The position numbers and the translations under genes are program-made. Below the pieces are notes generated by a model. It made no database searches and was not told where the DNA came from. It saw only the letters and a program-made list of their open reading frames with translations. 64,000 nucleotides of DNA from Escherichia coli (GTDB lineage: Bacteria > Pseudomonadota > Gammaproteobacteria > Enterobacterales > Enterobacteriaceae), in NCBI RefSeq assembly GCF_965641715.1, contig NZ_OZ282453.1. The stretch is one strand, 5' to 3'. This document shows positions 42,829 to 49,895 of the stretch, one piece after another; position 1 is the stretch's first letter, and every line of letters begins with the position of its first letter.

Positions 42829-43665
42829 TCAGAAGTCAGCCAGTTGGTCGGAGGCTGCGCCCGTTGCGGTGAACCGGTTCTGCGGATCGCCGTCCTGCGT
42901 GCGCAGTTTTTCCTTCAGTGCTGTCAGCTCTGTGGTCAGTGACGTGATTTTCTGACGGTCCTGCTTATGGCGGGCTTCCAGTGCATTAAAACGGTCGATA
43001 ATGTCGGCCTGTGACGTTGCGACGCCTTCCACCGCTTCCTGAATACGGGAAAAACTGGCGTCATCCGCTTTGCGGCCACGGCCAATAATTCCCATTACGC
43101 GGTTAAACCACTGGGTGCCTTCTTCCTGGCGTTGTTCTGCCATTTCGATGATTTCAGACTCGATGGCTTCGGAGATAAGCGGAGCCTCACCCTGGACACT
43201 GTTGAATTTCATCACTGCCTGACGTTGCTGTGCCGTGAATTTCAGACGTTCAGTGCCCAGGCTTGCCGGGGTGTCGGTCATCGCCAGCCCGACCAGATAG
43301 GCGCGCCCGTTAACGGAGAACTGCGGGTGCAGTTCGATACTGGAATAAATTTTCTTGCCGTCAGCGACAAGCTTCTTCATGCGCTCGGTCGGTTCGATTT
43401 CTGCATACAGCGCAGTACGCCCGGCCAGCGGACCTTCCGTAATGTCTTCCGTACTCAGTGCGGTGACATCGCCCATTGCGGAAAATTCGCTTGACGGGCA
43501 TGGCGAGAGATAGTGCTCAACGTTCACGCGGGCAGCGTAAACATCCGGGTCGAAGTTCTCAGCAGCTTCACGCAGATGCACCGGACTGATTTCGCGGCCA
43601 TCAACAGTTGATCCGGAGACAGCCACGCGAAACTTTTTGCGTGATGTCTTTTTTTCATTAGCCAT
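42829..43665 (-). CDS. O: Capsid scaffold protein gpO
   Basis: Start placed at MANEKKTSRKKFRVAVSG (about 278 aa); first gene of the leftward late operon, divergent from P. Confidence 0.8.
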   Translation of the reverse strand: MANEKKTSRKKFRVAVSGSTVDGREISPVHLREAAENFDPDVYAARVNVEHYLSPCPSSEFSAMGDVTALSTEDITEGPLAGRTALYAEIEPTERMKKLVADGKKIYSSIELHPQFSVNGRAYLVGLAMTDTPASLGTERLKFTAQQRQAVMKFNSVQGEAPLISEAIESEIIEMAEQRQEEGTQWFNRVMGIIGRGRKADDASFSRIQEAVEGVATSQADIIDRFNALEARHKQDRQKITSLTTELTALKEKLRTQDGDPQNRFTATGAASDQLADF

Positions 43666-43819
43666 AGTTTTTGCCCCTCTGACTGGTTCTTCAGTCATGA
43701 TGGCAAAGCGTAACAGGCTGATACAAAGGGCTTTTGTTGTAAGAAAATGGCCAGAACAGGGGGTTAAGGAGAACGGTTTCGCGCGCGGGTAATCTTCCTG
43801 TAATTACTCAGGGGGAGCA
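43666..43819. promoter_or_regulatory. Divergent late-promoter region between gpO and gpP
   Basis: 154-bp gap between the divergently transcribed head genes. No promoter motif was confirmed. Confidence 0.4.
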
Positions 43820-45571
43820 ATGATTCAGGACGCTTTTGTGCGCCAGCGTGCGCGACAACTTTACTGGCAGGGTTATCCGCCCGCTGAAATATCACGTCTG
43901 ATGGGAATAAACCCGAACACGATTTATGCGTGGAAAAAACGCGACCAGTGGGATGAAACGCCACCCGTGCAGCGTGTCACGCAGTCCATCGATGCGCGCC
44001 TCATCCAGCTTACTGAAAAACAGAATAAAACAGGCGGTGACTTTAAGGAAATAGACCTGCTGACCCGGCAGCTTAAAAAACTGCATGATGGCCAGCCGGA
44101 TGCGACGGCCACAGGAAAGAAAGGCCGGGCGAAAAAGCTTAAAAATCATTTCACGCCGGAACAGATTGCCGCACTGCGGGAAAAAATCATCAGCAGGCTG
44201 GAGTGGCATCAGCGGGGCTGGTTTGACTCCCTGACCCTTTGCAGGGAAGCCGGGATACGTAACAGGATGATCCTGAAATCCCGACAGATTGGGGCGACCT
44301 GGTATTTTGCACAGGAAGCACTGCTGATGGCGCTGCGTGACGATGTGGCGCAACCTTACCAGCGTAACCAGATTTTTTTGTCTGCGTCGCGTCGTCAGGC
44401 GTTCCAGTTTAAAAGCATTATTCAGAAGGCTGCATCTGAAGTTGATGTGGAGCTGAAAGGGGGCGATAAAATCATCCTCTCCAACGGCGCAGAGCTGCAT
44501 TTTCTCGGCACTTCTGCTGCGACGGCACAGTCCTACACAGGCAATTTTTATTTTGATGAATTTTTCTGGGTCAGTCGCTTTGCTGAACTGCGCAAGGTGG
44601 CTGGCGCTATGGCAACCCTCAGCGGGCTGCGACGCACCTACTTCTCCACGCCATCAACCGAAACGCACGAGGCATACGTCTACTGGAACGGCGACCGCTG
44701 GAACGAGAAAAAGGCCGCGCATAAACGCCAGCGTTTTTCTGTGGACTGGAAAACGCTGCATAACGGGCTTATCTGCCCCGACCGGACGTGGCGGCAAATT
44801 GTCACGCTGGAAGATGTGGTTAATCACGGCTGGAAACACACCGATATTGATGAAATTCGTGATGAAAACACCGAAGACGAGTTCCGCAATCTCTATATGT
44901 GTGAGTTTGTCCGCGAAGGGGAATCGGCATTTAACCTGAATATCCTGATTGGCTGCGGTGTTGACGGATACGACGACTGGAAAGACTGGAAACCTTTTGC
45001 TCCCCGCCCGATGGGGAATCGTCCGGTATGGATTGGGTATGACGCAAACGGCAGCAGTGGAAACGGCGACAGTGGCGCGGTGTCCGTGGTGGTTCCTCCG
45101 GCTGTTCCTGGTGGCCGTTTTCGAACGGTGGAGACGCGACGCGTTCAGGGGCTGGAGTTTGAAGAACAGGCCAGAGTCATTGAAGAGTTCACGTGTCGCT
45201 ACAACGTGGAACACATCGGCATTGATGTGACGGGCGGGAACGGGGAGGCTGTTTATCAGATAGTGAAACGGTTTTTCCCTGCCGCTATTCCGTACACCTT
45301 CACGCTGTCATCAAAACGGTCGCTGGTACTGAAAATGCTGCAAATAATGCGTGCCGGGCGGTGGGAATACGATCGCGCCGAACGCGAGCTGGTCGCGGCC
45401 TTTAACGCCGTGCGTAAGGTGAAAACACCGGGCGGCTTTATCACTTACGAAACGGACCGCGCGAGGGGGATCAGCCACGGCGACCTTGCGTGGGCAACCA
45501 TGCTTGCTGTCATTAACGAACCAATTGGCGGCGAAGGAGAAAACGAGCGTTTCACGGTTATGGAGTTCTGA
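43820..45571 (+). CDS. P: Terminase large (ATPase) subunit gpP
   Basis: 583 aa; terminase ATPase and nuclease architecture; adjacent to the portal gene. Confidence 0.88.
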   Translation: MIQDAFVRQRARQLYWQGYPPAEISRLMGINPNTIYAWKKRDQWDETPPVQRVTQSIDARLIQLTEKQNKTGGDFKEIDLLTRQLKKLHDGQPDATATGKKGRAKKLKNHFTPEQIAALREKIISRLEWHQRGWFDSLTLCREAGIRNRMILKSRQIGATWYFAQEALLMALRDDVAQPYQRNQIFLSASRRQAFQFKSIIQKAASEVDVELKGGDKIILSNGAELHFLGTSAATAQSYTGNFYFDEFFWVSRFAELRKVAGAMATLSGLRRTYFSTPSTETHEAYVYWNGDRWNEKKAAHKRQRFSVDWKTLHNGLICPDRTWRQIVTLEDVVNHGWKHTDIDEIRDENTEDEFRNLYMCEFVREGESAFNLNILIGCGVDGYDDWKDWKPFAPRPMGNRPVWIGYDANGSSGNGDSGAVSVVVPPAVPGGRFRTVETRRVQGLEFEEQARVIEEFTCRYNVEHIGIDVTGGNGEAVYQIVKRFFPAAIPYTFTLSSKRSLVLKMLQIMRAGRWEYDRAERELVAAFNAVRKVKTPGGFITYETDRARGISHGDLAWATMLAVINEPIGGEGENERFTVMEF

Positions 45572-46617
45572 TGAGCAGAAAAAATAAAAAAGTGCGCATG
45601 AGTTCACGCATTGATCTCGCTGATGCGCTCAGGAAAGAATCGTCGCTCAGTGCATTCACATTTGATGGTCCTTACCGCCTGACCGGGCATGACCTGCTGG
45701 ACAATATGTACTGTGCTGATAACGGGCGGTGGTATGAAACCCCGGTGGACTGGTACGGTCTGGCAAGAGCCGCCCGGCAAACGTCCTGGCATCAGTCTGC
45801 GCTTTACTTTAAGCGCAATGTATTGCTCGGTTGCTACATCCCGCACCCGCTGCTTTCCCGGCAGGATTTCTCGGCGCTGGCGCTGGACTGGTTTGTGTTC
45901 GGTAACGCATTCCTTGAGCTTCGGAGCAATATGCTCGGCGAACCACTTAAATTACGGCACGCACTGGCGAAATACATGCGACGCGGAAGCGATCTTGAAT
46001 CATGGTGGTATGTGCAGGATGGCAAGGACGCGTTTCAGTTTCGCCCTGGCAAAGTGTGCCACCTGATGAATCCGGACATTAACCAGGAAATTTACGGCAT
46101 GCCGGAATATCTTGGCGCATTACTCTCGGCCAGCCTGTCTCATTCGGCGGACATGTTCAGAAAACTGTACTACGACAATGGATCCCACGCCGGGTGCATC
46201 ATCTACATCGGTGCAGCGCAGGTAAACCGCGAAAGCATGGACTCCCTGAAGGAAACGCTACAGGGTGCGCGTGGTGGTGGTGCATTTAAAAACGTGCTCA
46301 TTCACGCGCCCAACGGGGGCAAAGAAGGTGTGCAAATTTTGCCGTTCCAGCAGATCACCGCAAAGGATGAGTTCATGAATGTTAAGGCGGCATCCCGTGA
46401 TGATGTGCTGGCTGCGCACCGCGTTCCGCCGCAACTGATGGGGGCGATGCCGGGCGAAAAAAGTGCGTTTGGTGATGTGGAGAAGGCAGCGCGGGTTTAC
46501 GCAATTAACGAGCTGATGCCCGTCATGGAGGCCATGAAGCATATCAATGACTGGCTTGGCGAAGAGGTGATCCGCTTTAACCCTTACGCACTGCTGGACA
46601 CCCAGCCCACATCCTGA
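45571..46617 (+). CDS. Q: Portal protein gpQ
   Basis: 348 aa, start overlaps the gpP stop; P2 Q size and position. Confidence 0.88.
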   Translation: MSRKNKKVRMSSRIDLADALRKESSLSAFTFDGPYRLTGHDLLDNMYCADNGRWYETPVDWYGLARAARQTSWHQSALYFKRNVLLGCYIPHPLLSRQDFSALALDWFVFGNAFLELRSNMLGEPLKLRHALAKYMRRGSDLESWWYVQDGKDAFQFRPGKVCHLMNPDINQEIYGMPEYLGALLSASLSHSADMFRKLYYDNGSHAGCIIYIGAAQVNRESMDSLKETLQGARGGGAFKNVLIHAPNGGKEGVQILPFQQITAKDEFMNVKAASRDDVLAAHRVPPQLMGAMPGEKSAFGDVEKAARVYAINELMPVMEAMKHINDWLGEEVIRFNPYALLDTQPTS

Positions 46618-47141
46618 CGCGCTTCGCTTGTCTGCTGCTTCGCCGGGGCATAAAAAATTTATGCCCCGACTCTCCAGCTCCTGTATCAATCAGATAATTT
46701 CACGACGTCTTCCAGCTTATCGCCATCATCGACGGTCAGGCTCTTACGCAATCCCACCGCGTTGACTGCATGTTCTTGCCGCCTCAGTGCGATTTTGACG
46801 GCCTTATCTGTCACCCCATCAAATCAAAAGCCCTCACGCCTTTTTCACGCTCAGTGTGAGAAATACAGCCATTCTGTTGTGTCGCTGCGACATCGTTCAG
46901 GGAATGCTATTTACCCCCTGAAACGCGGGCTGTTCCCCCGTCACCTGCGCGCAGAAAAAACGCGTTTTTTTGTGCACGCACGGATCCTTGACGGATCCAG
47001 TCGCCACGCGGGCCGGAAGGGTAAAAAGTTGTTCAAAAAAATTGTGCAAATTTGTGCACTATTGTGCGGTGTATAAAATGAAAATATGGCGGTGTTATTA
47101 CTGCCCAACAAGCCGTTATACTTACGTTATGGGCGTGCATA
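46618..47141. other. Non-coding region expected to contain the cos site, plus the promoter of the downstream toxin-antitoxin pair
   Basis: Placed by synteny (P2 cos lies next to Q). Contains a Q-distal hairpin ggggcataaaaaatttatgcccc and three TTGTGC direct repeats at about 47040..47068. Exact cos ends not identified. Confidence 0.4.
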
Positions 47142-47498
47142 ATGGAAATGAATATGAAAACTGTAACTGATGATGAATTTCGTGAGAACCTGAGTGAAAT
47201 TCTGGATTACCTTTCTTCCGGTGGCAGTGTCGTTATCACGGCGCAGGGAGGGAAGGATGTTGTTCTTGCTGGTTCTGATCTTAGTCCTGAAATACGGGCT
47301 GTCCTTGGCAAAACCAAAAAACTGCGGGATCAAATAAACAAAATGAAGCAACCACTCTTAATAAATGCAGTGAGAGATCTGGAAAAACGTCATCCAGCTC
47401 TTGTCGCACAGAGAAAAAAAGGATTGTCTTTTGAAGATGCAATGAAGCGTACAAGAGAAAAACATGCGGATATCATTAAAAAGCTTGAGGATAACTGA
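47142..47498 (+). CDS. Phd/YefM-family antitoxin
   Basis: N-terminal T..EFRENLSEILDYL...VVIT..GKDVVL resembles the Phd/YefM fold; stop overlaps the toxin start (ATAACTGATGG). Confidence 0.7.
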   Translation: MEMNMKTVTDDEFRENLSEILDYLSSGGSVVITAQGGKDVVLAGSDLSPEIRAVLGKTKKLRDQINKMKQPLLINAVRDLEKRHPALVAQRKKGLSFEDAMKRTREKHADIIKKLEDN

Positions 47499-47905
47499 TG
47501 GACATAGTGTTTTTGTCAAAAGAACAAGTAGAACGTATCCATGCTGAAACTTTACCCCAGAGCGGAAATGCCAATGACGGGCTACTTGAAGGTGCTTTAA
47601 ATCGCGTCAGGACACTACACTACTATGAAGGGGTTGATGATATTCATGCTCTGGCTGCTATGTATTTGATTGGTATAGCCAAGGCTCATGCCTTTCATGA
47701 TGGGAATAAACGCACAGCTTTTCAGGCTGCATCAATATTTTTAATGATGAACTCTTCCGAACTTTCAAACTCCCTGCTGCTGGTTAAATTAACGGTGTTT
47801 TCAGCAATGGGGATAGCTACCCTTGAGGAAGTTACCTTTGCTTTGAAATTGCTGTCTGATTATGGCAATGAATTAATCAGCGACTACGAAGAAGATTATA
47901 TTTAA
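47498..47905 (+). CDS. Doc-family toxin (Fic fold)
   Basis: HAFHDGNKRTAF matches the Doc/Fic core motif HxFx(D/N)GNKR; 135 aa. Confidence 0.8.
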   Translation: MDIVFLSKEQVERIHAETLPQSGNANDGLLEGALNRVRTLHYYEGVDDIHALAAMYLIGIAKAHAFHDGNKRTAFQAASIFLMMNSSELSNSLLLVKLTVFSAMGIATLEEVTFALKLLSDYGNELISDYEEDYI

Positions 47906-48071
47906 TGCTGGCATACTCTGTCGTGTTAAGACAACAGCCTTTGCGGAGACAGGGCAGGGTGCCAGACTTGCCCGCAGCGCGTCTGACATGAGCAGTTATT
48001 CATCTTTTTTATTGTTTTTCTCCATGCAGGGCGACAGTGCGCCCCGATAAAATTAAAAGCCGTCAAATTCG

Positions 48072-48407
48072 TCATTCATGCGTTTTTTCTTCATGGTCTG
48101 TCACTTCTCTCCTGATAACTTCATTGCACAAATCAACGCACTCATTGCAGATGTAAACAGACGGTCCGGCAATCACCTTTGTGACTTCGTACTGGGATTT
48201 ATTGCAGAAGCTGCAATAAATCGTCTCCTCACCTGAAGTCCATGTTTTGCTGGTTTCGCCAGACATCAGTTGTTTGAGGTCTTTTTCACGACGAAGAACT
48301 ATCTGGCCACATTCAGCTATTTTTTGGATGTTGACATTTTCTTCTTTCGCCAGCGCTTCCATCCGCTCAATCAGTCGCTGCGCTTTTTCTCTGTCAATGC
48401 GTTGCAT
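48072..48407 (-). CDS. Stand-alone protein carrying a ClpX-type N-terminal zinc-binding domain
   Basis: C-terminal half [38 protein letters not shown] is near-identical in pattern to the ClpX C4 zinc-binding domain; N-terminal 60 aa helical; no AAA+ module. Confidence 0.7.
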   Translation of the reverse strand: MQRIDREKAQRLIERMEALAKEENVNIQKIAECGQIVLRREKDLKQLMSGETSKTWTSGEETIYCSFCNKSQYEVTKVIAGPSVYICNECVDLCNEVIRREVTDHEEKTHE

Positions 48408-48470
48408 TGTGTCCCCCTTGTTTATGTTCCCGGGTTAAAGTCATCAGGGCGGATGCGCCCTGATGTTGTG

Positions 48471-48782
48471 TTATTCGGGAAATAACGCCCGGATATTTCC
48501 GGCCATCTGACTGGTTATCTGTGCGGTTGATACTGGCTGTGACGCGGGGCGTTCTGTCCTGGTTTGTGTCACTGATAACGCTTCATCATCAGCCCATGCA
48601 GCCAGTCGGTAAGCCTCTGCCGGATTCATTTTCAGAAGTGCCAGCCCGGCCAGAAAAGCCACGCGTTGGCCGCTTTTGCGCGCTTCTGGTGTAAGGCTGT
48701 CCAGCCAGGCGCATGCTTCACCTTCGTTCTTGACGGCGGCGGGCTTCAGATAGAAACTTATCCGTCTGGTTGGAGTCGTCAT
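48471..48782 (-). CDS. ParR/StbB-like partition adaptor
   Basis: ~103 aa from MTTPTRRISFYLKP...EACAWLDSL...RVAFLAGLALL, parallel to plasmid R1 ParR; directly downstream of the parM-like gene. Confidence 0.65.
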   Translation of the reverse strand: MTTPTRRISFYLKPAAVKNEGEACAWLDSLTPEARKSGQRVAFLAGLALLKMNPAEAYRLAAWADDEALSVTQTRTERPASQPVSTAQITSQMAGNIRALFPE

Positions 48783-48786
48783 TGGT

Positions 48787-49746
48787 TTACTCCTTGTCCA
48801 TTGCGTACAGCCCATTAACCAGAGCAAACTGTGGCACCCCGTCCGCGATGAAAGTCGCATTAACTCCGCAGGCTTCGCGGATAGCGGGTGCCACAATCTC
48901 CGCCCCGCCACCGACAACCATCACCCGCCCGTAACCCGAAAAAACCGCCAGCGCGCGGATCACGCGTTGTTTCAGTGTTTCTTCCTTTTCACGAATAACC
49001 GCCATCAGGCTGGCGTAATGCGCGTCATTGTGGATGTGCTGGCGCAACCAGGCTTCATCATGGCGATGTTCGATAATGGTATTGGCGATGTGGTGACTGA
49101 TACGCATACCGTTAGTGGCCATCACCGACAGTACGGCATCGGCCATCAGGGAAACGCCTACGTGTGGATCGCAAAACACCTGGCTGATACCTGCCAGTTG
49201 CCCCTGAACCTTTGCCACATCCAGTGTGGTTCCGCCCAAATCCACAATCAGCAGGGATTCAAGCGGACTCATGTCAGCCAGTGCTTTAAAGCCAGCCGGA
49301 ATGGATTCAGGCATAACCCGTACGTTACGGATAGTGAATGTTTCGCCGTTCTGGTACTCCACCGGGCGCATAACGTTCGCTTTTTTGCGGCTGATGTTGG
49401 CCATGTCCGGCTGTGCGTTTGTGTCGAAATACTCGCTCAATGGCAGGGTGACAACCACATCCACCTCCTGTGGCGTGATGCCTGATTTGACCAGCGCGTG
49501 ATGAATGGCAATGACATTCACATCGCTGTACTGGTATTGCGTGTCGGTCGTCTGGACAAAGCGATCGCTGACCGGATCAAAACCATAGCGCACGCCATCA
49601 AGCATGTAGTTCGCGGGCTGCGAGCCACCGAACGGCGCAGACCATTCCGACTTGAAGCTGTTCGGGCTGATGGCGTTGCGGCGTTCGCCGTTCTCAGTCC
49701 ATGCCAGCTTGATGTTGGTGGAGCCGTCGTCGATACAAATTTTCAT
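48787..49746 (-). CDS. ParM/StbA-like actin-family partition ATPase
   Basis: MKICIDDGSTNIKLAW...ISPNSFK...YSDVNVIAIHHAL...VMVVGGGAE...LVNGLYAM follows plasmid R1 ParM through all actin-fold motifs; 319 aa. Confidence 0.85.
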   Translation of the reverse strand: MKICIDDGSTNIKLAWTENGERRNAISPNSFKSEWSAPFGGSQPANYMLDGVRYGFDPVSDRFVQTTDTQYQYSDVNVIAIHHALVKSGITPQEVDVVVTLPLSEYFDTNAQPDMANISRKKANVMRPVEYQNGETFTIRNVRVMPESIPAGFKALADMSPLESLLIVDLGGTTLDVAKVQGQLAGISQVFCDPHVGVSLMADAVLSVMATNGMRISHHIANTIIEHRHDEAWLRQHIHNDAHYASLMAVIREKEETLKQRVIRALAVFSGYGRVMVVGGGAEIVAPAIREACGVNATFIADGVPQFALVNGLYAMDKE

Positions 49747-49769
49747 GTCGCTTTTCCTTATGTTGATTA

Positions 49770-49895
49770 ATTAATCGTTTACAGGATTTTTAAATCCCGC
49801 TTTTGCCTGTTTTGTGCGCGCTTCATATATCGCGGCACGTTTTTTGCTCATTTATGGGATTTGTGAATCCCGTTTCTGTCTGTTTTTTGTTTCCA
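49770..49895. repeat. Two palindrome-containing ~33-bp direct repeats upstream of the parM-like gene
   Basis: ggatttttaaatcccgcttttgcctgttttgtg and ggatttgtgaatcccgtttctgtctgttttttgt, about 73 bp apart; the second lies in the 3' end of gene A. Possible centromere or operator. Confidence 0.35.

Noticed and set aside
43666-43819. Specific Ogr-dependent late promoter motif (TGT-N12-ACA) upstream of the late operons
   Set aside because: I looked in the O/P and D/FI intergenic regions and could not find an exact match by eye, so only a generic promoter region is reported.
46762-47076. 104-aa plus-strand ORF between portal and the antitoxin gene
   Set aside because: Cys/Arg-rich, no ribosome-binding site, and it lies in the expected cos/promoter region; more likely non-coding.
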